Below are positions 1 to 14,398 of a stretch of 64,000 bases of DNA, piece after piece. Below the pieces are notes generated by a model that ran no database searches, had not been told where the DNA came from, and was given only the letters and a program-made list of their open reading frames with translations. Origin of the DNA: Tubulanus polymorphus (taxonomy: Eukaryota > Animalia > Nemertea); the NCBI RefSeq assembly GCF_964204645.1, contig NC_134035.1, positions 6,138,001 through 6,202,000 of the forward strand, read 5' to 3'. The position numbers and the translations under genes were made by a program. Position 1 is the first letter of the stretch. Every line of letters starts with the position of its first letter.

Positions 1-1222
1 GCAGCAGCAGCAGCAGCGGCAGGAACATCCGCTACTGTTGCTTGATAATAGAAGCACTCGTGTAGATCGATAAACTTGAGGAGTCATCACTGCTGCTGCT
101 GCTGCCGCAACTTGCCTCGTTATGCAGCGCCGTATAAAAGATTTTTATATTTCATCAATGAAAAATGTAGTGATACGACCGACCAGCTCAACGGCAGCGG
201 TGGAGGCAGTGTGGAAGAGCTGCTGCTGCAACAGCTCGAGGTGCAGCATGAATGAACAGATTTTATCAATGGCATCTTTACCGCTGCAATATAGTGCTGC
301 CATATTGGAAGAGCAGACTGTATGCGCATTCATCTTACACTCACTCCATTCTTATGAATGAAATGAATTTAAACAAACAAAATGTTAATTAATCTTTTAG
401 ACAGAGTCCTCTTAAAGCGTTTAAACAGACTTTTCAATTTAAGATATCACTAGAATTGAAAGAATCGCTATCAGCAGATATTGTGATCAATCATGTCACC
501 TGAATATGTAGACTTAAACTGATTTCGTCATTGTATTAAGGTGACAAGTCAAACATATTATTACCTTTCAATCATATAATTATGTTAGCTTGATCTAAAT
601 GTGAAGCTTGAATCGTTGGCTTCAAAAATACCTTGCTTTGATGAAGTGACCCCACGATGGAGGGCACTAGTTTCCGGCAGTGGCTTTAGAAATATCATCT
701 TGCGATCAAATTTGTTTTTAAACTTATAATTAGCAGTATCTGTGTACAATGATCAGATGGGTTTTCATTCCAATTTGTCACACATTTTCACAGTGGTTTT
801 CCCCATCCGCTCGAATACATTTATTTTCTGGTTTTCCTACAAAATTCATCCGTTATAAATTTTCCTTTGATTGGATGAAAAATGAAAAATGAAGCGTTCT
901 AAAAATACCAAAGGTTAAATGATTATATTAGTCGTCATTACATCGTTTTGGCAGGATATCTATGCGATAAACTGTCAAAAAGGCAATCCCTTTTCTGCCA
1001 ACAAGTTTAGAATCAGTCTTAGTTAAATAGGCAAAAATCATAGTTCAATTCATCTTGATCAAAAAGTCCATATCATTGTACTAGACTCCGCCCGGGTCGG
1101 ATCCGTTCAACTCTGATGTTTTTTAAATCATTTTTGTGACACAATTTACATCCAACTCGCATATCACTCACGTTGGACACATTTTGACGGTCCCAAAAGA
1201 TCCGACTTGAGCGAGGTGCTAC

Positions 1223-1263
<41 letters not shown>

Positions 1264-3498
1264 TGGTCGAAACTATACATTAAACCTCGCTATACCGGGT
1301 AAACTGGGGCCTCTGACTAACTCGGACAAAAATGAAATCCTTTTTTTGACATCCCAACCTATTTTCCTATCTTCAAACCGGACTTCGCTTACCTCGGACC
1401 AATTTTACTGCTCCCGGTTTGTCCGAAATTTACCGTACAAAGTACGTATAATCGAGAATGAACTAATTTCAATTTTCAATACGTTTAGACCAAACTCAAA
1501 ACTGGTGATTGGAACAAAAACTCATTTCGGCACAAAAGGCTTAAGCATAACGTGTTTTCGAAGTTAGATCAACCCTTCTAGCAGTGAAACACAATATATA
1601 CATATATAGATATATTCATAATTAGACCTGAGCTTTGATAATTCAGTTAGTCTGAGAGATAGAATTCTATGTAATTTAATTTCATCGAAAGAATGATTCT
1701 TAGAAACATTCGACTGAAGATTTAAGCGTGAAGCACAATTTCAAAGGAATCTTCGTAAAAATACAATACGTCCTCGCTCCCATTATTTTTATTTTGCGAG
1801 GAGTATAAGCTGTCGTGAGAGGAGTCTTTTTTCCGTTGATATGACTCATCGCTGTGCCGGCACCGTGAGTCAGTGTAGTAACAGTTGGTGTTGAAAACCC
1901 CCTGAGATGATGCGACGTACATAATTCCAAACTCATTCTTGTCGTAGAACCAGAAATATCTATCATTCTTAAAAAAACGAAACCGTTATGATTCCATTTC
2001 ACTTCAGAATCAACAGAGCAATCGTCGACACTGGTGCCAAATGGGTGATGAAAATGATATTTTATAATGCTGCTTCGGCAAATGACATTCTACATCATTC
2101 CCACATTTTTCAACAAACCGCATTTAGCGACAATTTGTCTTCAATATACTTCATCATCTTCTGCACGTGTGTATTCGGGTTTTTATCCATTTAACTCATT
2201 TATTTATTTGTCCGCCCTCGATTTTATTAAGACAAAAAGCAGTCGGGGGATTCAGGAAATTGAAAATAAACTCCATATTCACCGACGCATCTAATACTAA
2301 TACGTCGTGCTATTTTTGACGCTTGTGGAAAATTATAAACGTGTAGAAACACTTAACGGGAACGATTTAAATCGATCCAGGTTTCATCATATCACTACGT
2401 GCATTATCAATCAGATGCCCCCACAATTGCCGGTTGATAAAAAGATGTAATTGGTACAACATTCACTATACTAGTAGTGACACACTCATTCAGAACGTTT
2501 AGCTTTTAGTGATTAACGCCGGATGCGCAAAAATAGCAATAATATATTATAGAAGATCTCGACGCGCGAATAGCAATAAATAGTGTCTCAAACTCAATAG
2601 TTTATCATGACAAGCTTCCCACGATTTTATATATGAATGAAAATGGAAAAAATATAGATATTCAGCCTCTTCCGTCGACGCTTTTAAAGAAGCTGTAGTG
2701 TAGTAATTGTCTGTAGGCTTTTGTTTTAATGGATCTCATGTCACTCACGATAAACGCTTAATGGATCTGTTGTATTTTATAGGTAATAAATAGATCCTAC
2801 ACACAAACTGCCCTCCATATTAATTATTTGTCATCGCCTTTATCGCAAAAATCCCGAATGGGAAACGCTTAAAATATTTCGAAATAGCTCAAAATCGATC
2901 TATCTAAAAGCCCTAACAATGATGAATTCTCTGTCCGAATCCAGTCACAATGTTGCTCAAAAGCTAATTTGACTTTACTCTTTTGTAAAGATATTTGACT
3001 CTTTGTCGGGACCCAGTTCGACAGGATTTGTAACTCGATTCGATTTTTAAATTTTAATGCAGAACACCGTAGAACCCTGTGGAACAGTGTCCACCTGCCA
3101 GTGGCCAGTGGCTCAGGGGTGGATCGGTTTCAGGGATGGATCCAGAGGAGTATTAGCCCCTATGTGAGAGAGTACACCTAATATTTCCTTTTTGGACATA
3201 AAAGTGCACGTTTTTGGGATGTGACAAGTCCTTCAAAATTGGCCTCTGGAATATCCGCCACCGAGTTTCAATTTACCCTGTGTTCGCCAAACGCAAAGAC
3301 CCAATCCAATTTACGAACCTTAGCGACTGGACAGCGAAGCCAGTCACAAACAAGTCCCGTTCTAGATAGAGTCAATGGCAGTTTATGCGACGTGATATGA
3401 CAGTCTCTCCCATCAGTCGCCCACAAACAGTCGAACTAACGCGTCCTATTTGCGACCAGTTGCAACTGACCGGGTCGCTATAGCAGACACGCGATCGA

Positions 3499-3797
3499 AG
3501 CCGCGAGCACACGAGCGTTTTTGGTCCGGAACAACTGTTCACACGGGTGCCAAACGTGTCTGTACGACCCGACCAAATCTGGCCCCCGACCAAAAACGTC
3601 GGACCAGGCCCGAGCCAATATTAGCACGAGACAAATGTTCGCGTTTGAATTAACATTGGGTTCTGATTCCGGAAATGACAGATTTCGCTTTAAAGAGTAT
3701 TGTTTAGTATCGAGTGAGTGTGGTTTCACGGGCCACATTTGACCCAGGCCTGATCCGTGCCAATTTGGCCGGGGCAAAATCGTCTCCGTGTGACCTC
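3499..3797. mobile_element. Copy of the Harbinger-like MITE family, reverse orientation
   Basis: Reverse-complement similarity to 46101-46415. Confidence 0.7.
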
Positions 3798-6700
3798 GAG
3801 TGTCAACCTGCCGCCATCCATCTCAATATTGTGTGTAGCATATACTTAATTATATACAACTTTAATTAGATCGAGATTCTGTAAATGTGTGGATGACAAA
3901 ACTACGGGGATATGCGTTTCAAATAGAAACTATTGAGATCGCCAACAAACCATCGATAGGATCTATGCATCTAATTCAAATCCATAGGTGCACCAGTACT
4001 ATCGGGGAGCTATACAATATCCGATCCGCCCATACACACCTCCCTCCTCGCCCTCAGGGTATTCAGTCCGTCGCGCAGTACCGAACACGCTGTCGCGCAC
4101 ACGCCCTTTCATTCACTTTTACCCACCTACGCAAATGTAAACATGTCACATGACCTGTAATGGTTCATTCATATGAAACATTGATTGATCATTCAATAAC
4201 TAACTCACTATATATACGTATGATGCATATACGTGCGTTCACAATAATTGCTAAAAACAGGCAATCATCGATAAAATGGTATTAGAATAGACAGAGCGAG
4301 CAATAGAGTCAAAGACAGGGGCAATACGAAGTCATAGGCAGGGAAACGAGTCACACATGGGCAATTCAATGCATCGTCCGTGTTGGCGTTTTTTGTAGAT
4401 TAGATTTCTTTCACGACTCTTATATCAATTGCCATGTCAATGGATTTCAATGGCAATCAGGGTAGTCAGTGTATGTGAACTACGTTTGGGCTATATACCG
4501 GCTGCCGGTCAATTATAGTCGATACGATATATTCATATTAATACGCCGATCATCAAACTGTACTGGCCAGTAAGATCTGAATACGTCAGGTGTCAGTCAC
4601 GTTACCGTGCGGTTCAGTCCAGCTTCCTGTTCACTATGTCCAGATATTTTATCGTTACTGAGTTTTTTTGTCATGCGTTGTTATTTTTCGAAGGCGTCAA
4701 TAAAGTTTTCAAATTATGTTTCCCGTTTCCAATCGTCCCTGGCATAAAACAATCACGCGTGACGACTTCAGAATGACCCTAAACCTAACCGATCGGTGGC
4801 TCGATGGATGCTCAGAGCCCGGGTCCCGGTGTGCCCCAACCCAACGCGAACCACACGAAAGGGCTTGCAACAGCAAACGTTGTCAGTGCGGTCACCATTG
4901 ACGTTTGGCGATCCTTATCATTCTAGAATTCGGATTTGTTAGCTTTCAGTGATGTACAATTCTTGCAGATTCTCCTTAAATCTGAAGTCATTACCCGCAC
5001 CGGCCTATCGTCAAACCTCTGGACCAGTTACGTTTGAAACCCACTACAGAATTTAAGATTAAAATCGGATCTTATTCAAGAACTAAAATCAAACACGACG
5101 TTTCCAACACTTAGTAGAGATTTACCAGTACGACAGCACCTGACGAGTTCGAAACGTCCTGTATTTTCTATTTTGATTCTGTTCTGTATAAAGTGAGCTT
5201 CAAATCTGTTCTCCACGTCTGAATGTGGCTTTTACACTCTCGATCAATGAGTTGTTTCCATGATTTTGTGCCATACGCCATGATTTCACAGGATGTTATA
5301 CAATTTTAAGGGATCTTCAGCGGACTTTTAAATATGAAATCCTGGACCGCGAGGCAGCGTACTGTTGTGGGGCGTCGAATTATAGTGGGGTGTAACCGAT
5401 GCAGTATTATTCAAAAATACCTGTAATAATTTCATTACCACTTGAGTTAAGATTTGTGTGGGTGGTTTGTTTGGTTTACCAGGGTGTCGCTGCTTTAAGT
5501 TCAAAAGAATGCGAAAAACATACAGCTGTACAGTACTGCAAGTATAATTAACTTTATATGTTACTAGCTGAATACCCGTCCAATGGACGGCTTTCGCGTT
5601 GAGCGCATGTTGGTCGTGAGCACACCACTTCGGCGCATAAATGCCGAATCCTGATATTTTTGGCTAACGAAAATCATTCATTTTAATTGACCGGGAAATG
5701 AATCTAATTGCTTCAAATGTTTAGAGTTCTTGGAACCAACCCCACACCTCCTCTACCCCGTCTGACCTGTCCGTGGTACAAACCTATCGTTCAAATAACT
5801 AACACTAAATTCTGCCCCAGCCGCTTTTAGGCCCCTCGTCCTTGTTTGATCTTTGTACTACTTTATTGACCACACCACCCGTACGTCCACTTAAAAAGCC
5901 CGTTCTTTCAACCAACGAATTGCATGATATTATGCTTAAATTGTGGGACTACGATTAATCGAAAATTGCAGAGAGTCGCTCGACGATGATATTAGGATTC
6001 TGTATTTTCTATCACTGTTTGACATAATTTTTTTGATATCTCTCATATATACATACATTTTCTTAAGAGAGACCCTGTCAGAAAAGTACGTACATTTTTC
6101 TTTGACCCCCTCCCCGTACAAAGTTACTACATTATTTGTTTACCCCTTCCCATAAACGTATGTACTATTCGAACGCTTTCTTATAAAATTTATTACCCAC
6201 GAACGCACGCATCCGCAGCCCCCAGAGCCATTCCAAGAGGCTGCGTTTGGGCCTCCCTATCTGCCAGTGAAGGGCAACGATTGAAAAGAAATAGTTGACT
6301 GCTGGATGTAATTACAAATAAACTGGCGTTTGTTTGTCCTGCCGGGCCGCTTACCGCGAATTGAATTCAATGTTAGAGCGCTATTAAAAACTTCAATCTT
6401 GCTCTAAAGTCGTTACCGTCGTCAAATATGTCACTTATAAGCTTTTTATCATTTATTATAGCCTACAGTGTTTTTTTTTACAATTATTTGAAAAAAATCA
6501 ATGAAATGAAAAAAGATTATTATCAACACAGAATTTAGCGTTTCGGCAATTCAGTGATTCTGTGATTCAGCGATGTTCGAACACCCGTCTGTGGTATGGA
6601 ACCATTCTAAGAAAACTGCGCAATGGGCCTGTTCCCCTCCAAGAACCATTCTGAGATGCTGCGTATGGACCGGCAACACGGTCAGAACATATCGCTAAGT

Positions 6701-9700
6701 GCAATCATACTAATTTTGGTCCTAAGATTACGTGTATGAATGTTTTAACCAATGTTTTAAACAACTCAGTGTGAGAGAACTGTGTCATGCACCGTTATGA
6801 TGCTGCGTTGTGTTCCGAAGTCGGTCAGGTCAGTAAATTACTATAGTATTACTGCTGAGGTATAGTACGGTACTCACTGTTAGATGGCGAACACATCTTT
6901 TAACTTAAACCGAATTTAAGCCCGGGCTTAAAATGAATATTGTGACTCCCTCGGACCACTAATCTGTCTGAAACATGTAACTTGACGACGGGAAAAACTG
7001 GCATTGAGCATCAGTAAAAGGACGTTTTAATACATGCATTAATTTCCATACAATGTGTCGCGGTAAATACCGTCCGTTCTCTTTATAGTATGGATATTGA
7101 AAAGTGCAGCACATCAGAAAAACATTTATTTTATTCTACTCAAACTGTTAGGACAGAGAAACAAATAAATTCACGAAAAGAACAATCAAATACAAAAATT
7201 GCTTTTATTCAATGTGATACATGTGCAAAGCCTTTGGATAGATTTCACTTTTTATTCGGGGTCCGCACATCTGAATCCCAAATCATACACATACACTTAC
7301 CTACAAAATCATTGTATGAAAAAAGGAAAATCTAAAATGTATTGGCACATGATCTTTAGTGGCTTGTGTTCCATTTGCACTGCCGCACCAGGTTCATCAA
7401 TATCTTCACCCGAGCCGATAATGTTTTATGAATGAAAAACTGGGTGACAATCCTTGAAGCGATTGAAACCAGTTACCGTGGTATATAGCACCACTGAGTG
7501 ATCGAGGTAGTGAGCTCGCTGCTGCTCAGCCAATCCTTTATAACGATTAATAATCAATAAAACATTGCATCTCGTATCTAACGACAACAATATGTCGACA
7601 AACAACGACTTCAAAATGTCGACGAGAACCGAATGAAATGGTGAAATCGATTCATAAAAATATATATATATATATAAATTTTCAATTGGAATTTACCATT
7701 GAAAACCACGCCAAAAACACACCTTAAAACTCTACACATATCTCCTCTCTCTCGTCTCTCCTTTCTCTATTTTACACTCCCTCAAAACTTCCATGTGGCT
7801 TAAAACTGAAAGAGCGGGTTTTTAAGTAAAAAATAACTGTAACTTTAAGACTTGGTTGAAAATTCAACTTGTGAAATGATCCTCAAATAAAGGATATTGG
7901 GAGCTCGCTTGAAATTAGTCCTAGGACATGCTCTCAACAAACATTTGAGTATAAGTGCATTTTTTTATCTGAGCCCTAATGAACAGCCCTTAACTCAGGA
8001 GACCCTCCCACCTTCAAATAGTAACTAGTCCGAAAAGGTCTTTTAGTACAATTATTTTTATTCAATCAGATTTATAAACTTATAAAAAAAAGATTTACAG
8101 AATGTCGCCCAATTTTGGGATTTGCCAATTACAAGGGTTCAATCTTCAAAAGAAAAAAAAATCAAGAAAAATCTTCAATTTTGCAATCATTTCCTAAAAA
8201 GGAACACGGATTTGAACAGAAAGATAACAATTCCATAACTGTCCAAAACCACACATCGAAACTGAATGTCAGACAATTAAAAAGCGCAGAACAACTTAAA
8301 AATCACAACACTAAAGTCACACAATAAATGATAAGCAACGAATAGTTGACATGTACGTAGTTTATAATTAAACAAACGAGAAAAAAGCTTCCATCAAGTA
8401 TTGAATAATGAAATCATGTGAGGTTGACTCAGATATTTAATAATTAATAACACTGATGAAGCACATGCAGCAGTCAGCACTAATCAGAGTTTCACATGCA
8501 ATGATTTATAAATGGGTCACATTCATATCTTACCGACAATTGATTTGTCCCACTCTTGATCTACCCGTTTCACTGCACTGCCGACACGCGGGATGAAATA
8601 TCCATCACAATGGTCACTGTCTTACGCACAACAGGATATTAAAAACGACTGCTGGTGCGCATTACAGCCACTAATGTGTGTCTTTACCCCTGAGAGAGAC
8701 ATCGGTCTATCAGGACAAGGGTAACGCGACGCATGTTCACCTCATCAAACGGTCCCTAACAGCGCAAAATGACCTATTCGTTCTGGAACCGCCAAAAAAC
8801 ATTTGCAAACACCGGTATCTTCCCTGTCTATGAAACAAGTTTTCAAAAATTAACAATTGAAAAATAGATGGACGTAGAAGCACTTCAAGAATGCTCATAT
8901 ACTTCCAATGATTCCTGGCCTATGACGGTTGTCAACGGTAATTGATGGCGGGTGGCGAAGTATGGGACAAACTGCTAGCTGTCTGGTGTTTAAACATTTC
9001 GTAATGGTTGCTGTCTTACGCACAACAAAATTCTGACAATGAATGTTGTGCAATTAGATCAACAACAAACACAAAACGTGATACCACCCCGAACCACCAC
9101 CCGACACCCGACCCGAACGACGGTACATTATACATATCCCATGTAGAAAAATCCAATTACCACGTATTCGTTATTTCCAACTATCTGAGAAAAATACTTA
9201 TAACTGTAATTAATATATGAGTTTCAATTATAAGCATGAAGGTTCCAAGATAAACTTCAGATATATCTTAATTTCATTGTTAGTATGATCGATGAGCTCT
9301 ATAGACATGTTAGAATGGAACTTATTATTCGTTCACGACAGTTATTTGGCTTATAAGAACAAACGAATCGAAAGAACCATTTGCACTAGTACCGTACCGT
9401 ATGGCTTGTTGTATACATGGATTCTATGGTTATAACCAGACAAATTTTAGATAATTCAACCTATACTACTAGTAGACAATGATAGAAACATACGATGCTT
9501 ACCCCAAATCGAAGATAAAGGCCGATTAGGACCATTCCTCTGACAATACACAGTATGCCGGTACACCGGTAAACGGAGCAACAGTTGTCTTTGCACCCAT
9601 AGTACAGCGCCGGCCGACCGTCGAGCAAACAGGCAGCAGCAGATATTTAATAGCTAGTTTTATCTATACGCATATTTTACTCCCACGCATTTGTTTGCAC

Positions 9701-10087
9701 TAAAGCATTGAAGTGAATGCACTGAAATAAATTTACCAGATTGTTTTAACGTTCCAGCTCGACTAGTATGAGAAACCCCGACTTTCCTGCAGCAGTAGCA
9801 TTGGCAGCAGTAGCAGCAGCGGCAGCAGCAGCAGCAGCAGCATCTAGACAGCAGCATCCAGTCCATCCCTTCATTCATCCATTCATTCATTCATTCATAT
9901 ACTCATCACACCTTATCGATCGATACGATTCTTGACGTTCATTGGTTTATAGTAGTCACGTGGTGGTTCATTCATAATTCCAGTTCATTCTTAAATTTTC
10001 TGGAGATCGATTGGCTAATCAATCATTCAACCAATCACTCCGAATAGCGCTGCTGAACTCTCCTTCAAGCTCACTCGATCTGCCCTG

Positions 10088-10300
10088 ACTGTATTTAGAA
10101 TGAACAGGTGTATTTTATAGGTCTAAATGCTTTTTCTCTGCTGTATATCGTTAAGGCGCGCGCTGGTGTCGGTTTGACGTCATTCCAGGTAATCCCTTTT
10201 ACGGCGCGTTCGGAATCTCCAGTTTAATTGACGTCATCAATCGGCTGTAGTATAGTAGTATTCTACTACGCAATTTACGTCATCGCATTCCGTGACATCA
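10088..10300 (-). promoter_or_regulatory. Putative Pol II promoter: TATA + Inr + clustered CRE sites
   Basis: TATAAAA (minus strand) at 10119-10113, CAGT initiator at 10090 (29 nt downstream), TGACGTCA at 10175-10182 and 10229-10236, TTACGTCA at 10275-10282, TGACATCA at 10293-10300. Downstream donor GGG|GTAAGC at 9502. Confidence 0.55.
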
Positions 10301-11206
10301 TCAGCTAACCGGCAAAAAATTTCCTGAATTTTTAAGCGTGCCATTGGACGGCTTTAGTTACGGGATTGTGTTTACTGGTGTTTATTCCGGGTGTTTGTGG
10401 GTTTCGGAATGTGCTACCATTTATCGTCGCCACTTAGCTTCCTTTTCAAACAAAATTGGTTTTGAACAAATTCTGAAGTCCACTATTTCATTGGGCTTTG
10501 TTTTTTCTTCCTTACCTTATTTGTGATAATGTCCAATATTGTTACACATTTTAGGAAAATGAAAGTTTCCATAGGACTATAAAGACCAGTTGACTTCAAA
10601 CCTTTCTAAATAATTAAGAAATTATTATCTCATGAAGAAAATGTTGGCGAGTAGATTTGTTGTTGTTTGAATCGGATATAACAGATTAAACAATGTACAT
10701 GTATCGTATTACGTTTTTTGGTACTGTAATAGTTTGTTAACCGGCGGTATCGTCTGAGATATTTAAACAGCACAGATAGTCGAGCTAAGGCTTACTGAGA
10801 GTAGTCGAAGGCTTACGAAGATAGTCGCATTTATGAAACATTGATCGCAATTTTATATCAAATCATTACTAAGATTCAAATTAGTTTTGATGCCACCAGC
10901 TGTGGGCCGACCGACGACGCTATTATTTTAATTCACAGAGGTTCCGCTATCATTATTCATAGGGGCAGCACTGAACGGTTTTAATACAGCCTCGCTATTC
11001 TACTGTGGCATGCGAGGAATACGTATATTTTTTCTAAGTCAAAAGGCGCTTTTACGAAAATAAATCTTTGTAAATCGATTTATTTTTTTCCTTAAATAAT
11101 TCTATTTTCTAATATACCAATGTAAGAATACAGTATATACACTGGCAAAGCGTCAATCTGACATTTTATGCTACATATTATTTTGGCGGGATATTTTAAA
11201 AACAAC

Positions 11207-11298
11207 GAGGGAGAGGGAGAGGGAGAGGGAGAGGGAGAGGGAGAGGGAGAGGGAGAGGGAGACGGAGACGGAGACGGAGACGGAGACGGAGACGGAGA
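11207..11298. repeat. Compound microsatellite (GGGAGA)n(GACGGA)n
   Basis: Directly visible in the sequence. Confidence 0.9.
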
Positions 11299-11994
11299 AT
11301 GAGATTGTGTGTCAACGGCGAGTTGAAAATGGATTTTTCAAATAATTTTGAGACACTACTCATGATAAGACGAAGGTTATAATTTTTTAGGAAAGGAAAG
11401 GCCGCCGCCGACTAGATATAATCATAAACGGCCATCAAATCGAGGTAGTTAAGAATTTTAGGTATTTAGGCATTACTTTTAATTGCAATGTTAAATTCCC
11501 CCTCTGTAAAAAATCTATCGCAGAACACGCAACGAGGCGCTGTTTTATGTCCTAAATAAAGTTCAAAAGCATGCCCTCGGAATCGATACTGCATTTCAAT
11601 AATATGACAGTATGATACTTCCTATTCTTAATTTCGGATGTGAGATTTAGGGAATTGAAATTGTGTCTATCCTAGAAAGGATTCAATTGGAATTTTTTTA
11701 TGTACATTTTGGAGCTAAAGAAGTCAACTCCTACCATATTAATGTATGGAGAGTAAGGGCGTTTTCCACTTCAAATCATTATAAAAATTAGATTAATTAA
11801 TTAATGGGCTAAACTGCGTAATAGCAATAATTATATCTGAAATATCGCATGTAATACTCAAGTCTGCGGAACGTGATTCCCGCCATGAATGGATAGTTTT
11901 TATCCAAACACGTTTTTATCCAAAACACGCTAACAACAAACGGTCTTGGACATTTTGGTACGACCAAATCCCGCATAACCACGATTATGTAGCA

Positions 11995-12457
11995 CAAAGT
12001 CTGTCACTACGATTAAAGGACCAATTTATTCAATATTGGAGGGATCAGTGTAACATTTCTAGTATTGCTGATTCATATAAAATATTCAAAACGGAATGGG
12101 GCTTTGAAACTTAACTTACTCAATTGTCAGACGAATTAAGGATAACCTTTTGTAGATTTCGATGTTCGAACCACCGCTTACCTATTGAAACTCGGAGGTA
12201 TCACCGTGTCCCACGTGTCGACAGACTTTTCACAAAAAAATGTACTATGCGAGTTGTCTGTGACGAATTTCACTTTATATCTGTTTGTCCGTATTTTGCG
12301 GATAGATATTAGCCTTAGCTATCACCTATCAAAAATAAAACAGAATTTTGTATCTGATATTGTATTGTATTGTATTGACATTCATGTTGTATTGTCTTTT
12401 TGCTTTAAGCAAATGTACTTTTGTGAGCAATAAAAATGTATTCTATTCTATATTCTA
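11995..12457 (+). mobile_element. 3' fragment of a non-LTR retrotransposon
   Basis: Decayed ORF2 C-terminus RFRCSNHRLPIET.RY...DRL...C.....DEFHFISVCPYF, followed by AATAAA and a (TTCTA)n tail. Confidence 0.75.
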
Positions 12458-12944
12458 GTGTTTTTGAACTTCCGAAAGTATCGGTTCCTCGTTTTGGTAT
12501 CCTGTTCTATTTGGTCGTTTACCCATGGAGCATCCTTCTCCTCAGTAAATAAAGTATCTTAACAAGGTATAAACTCCTTGATGATAGTTAAAAGCTGTTC
12601 AGCTGTTAAAGAATCTATTCGTCACTCAACTCTAGTTTGTTTTGAATCACAAATAGAATCCGCGCAAAATCTTTATTTAAGAATATGCTTTTTTGAAATT
12701 GTTTTTGTCAGCAAATCAACATTAGCCTCCGCTATTAGCATCACATGCCGCAGGAAGAGTTCAAAGGGTTTAATATAATTCGCGTCGTTACTAAAGAGAT
12801 CAAATTTTTGTCCAAAATCTACAGCAACCATTTTCTAGATTCAAGCAAGAGCAATTTTATTGGATTTTATATCGGGTTTTTTCTTTTTTTTGAAGTGGGC
12901 GAGTATTAACTGCAACCGCGAGTTGTATGCATGCTAACGAATGT

Positions 12945-13870
12945 AGGTAAATATCCCCCGCCCCGGTAAAAATCCCAAAAGGTAAAAATCCCCCGGTAAA
13001 TATCCCTCCTTGGTAAAATCCCCCCCCCCCATATTTGATTTAAGTAACATTTTCAATAAGATTCATCAATGTTCTAATGTTTAAAAACACTTGATAGATC
13101 ATTCAAAATCCTATTGCACTATTCATAAACTCGTGACAGTGATTACTTCCATTACATATTATATAAAATACGACCACCGAACGTATAATAAAGAATGATT
13201 ACTTTATGACAAAATTTCCATGGGTTTCCAGGCACCGGCATAAAAAATTGTCATATAAGATATGAAATTATATTCTGTGACTTTTAGCAAGCAACATGCA
13301 AGCTTCATGCGAAGAAATATAGTGTTTAAAAGTAATAATACAAATAATATATGTATTCATGTATTCCTAAATATTGTTTTAAAAAGTATCTAATTATTAG
13401 TTTTTATTAATAGATTTTAACCTCACCGATGGTAACCATATCCAGGACTTCCAATACCTCAACTCGAAAAATGATCTCCTGACTTTCATGCGCCCGTGTT
13501 CGCGAACAACATTCGGCAGCCAGAGGCACGGGCTACATTTTCGGGGCTTCAGACAATAATTCTTGCCGGCAGATTTTAATCAAAGTATAGATACGTAGAA
13601 TCTATAAATTTCCTGAACTAACAATTTCCTCCCGCGAATGCTGACTTCAAATGGAATTGTAAAAGAAATTCGGTAAGTCCTTCGTACCGCCGGGCGGCGC
13701 CGGGGCCGATCGTCGGGCGCAGCGCTATTCTTCCGAAGCTTTTTCCCGTCGGGCCTATTTTCCTTACTTTGAAGACCAATCCGGATAACTTATCAGCCTG
13801 TTGAACGTTGAAGTGCAGTCTTTTTCATTCCCTCTGGTCCTTTATCATGAAGGCTTAACATTTTTCGAAA
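12945..13870. mobile_element. Possible decayed Mutator/MULE remnant
   Basis: GGTAAA(A/T)ATCCC tandem motif at about 12945-13030, like MULE TIR arrays, plus decayed minus-strand coding-like sequence (FRKFIDS). No intact ORF. Confidence 0.3.
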
Positions 13871-14144
13871 TCGGCCCCGGAACCCGATGATGCGGTTAGT
13901 TGAAATGGATACAGCTATGTACAGCAAATAACAGATATAAGAAACGAGTCTTTTTGTTAACTACAGGTCCCACAATCACGGAGTGGGAGCACGTGGTGTT
14001 GCAGTGCAACTGTTCGGGCTTACCGACGAATCATTCCCTGATCGGATGTTTTTTAGTCGGTGCCGGGCTCAGATTTCTGACAGCGGAAGCGCAAGTAATG
14101 TTGTGAGTTTTTTTGTCGGCCTCTGTGGGACCTTTGCTCTTCCT

Positions 14145-14398
14145 TAGTCAGTAACCTGTCTGTGGTTTTGTTTCACGATCGGATATTTTCACAAACCACG
14201 TTGGTATAAGCCCATCCGATTATAAAAAGCTTACCACCAACGATTAGGTAACCGTAACTAGCTCTTTCTATACTAGATGAGCTAGTTACGGTTACCTAAT
14301 CGTTGGTGGTAAGCTTTTTATAATCGGATGGGCTTATACCAACGTGGTTTGTGAAAATATCCGATCGTGAAACAAAACCACAGACAGGTTACTGACTA
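14145..14398. repeat. Perfect inverted repeat (120-bp arms, 14-nt spacer) made of two inverted TAG-ended MITE copies
   Basis: 14145-14264 is the reverse complement of 14279-14398. The first unit (14145-14260) is flanked by GCTCTTCCT and GCTCTTTCT. Confidence 0.9.

Noticed and set aside
1700-2300. Coding-looking minus-strand stretch
   Set aside because: Fragmented across frames, with no recognisable motif or convincing splice sites. It may be an old pseudogene or TE remnant but cannot be supported.
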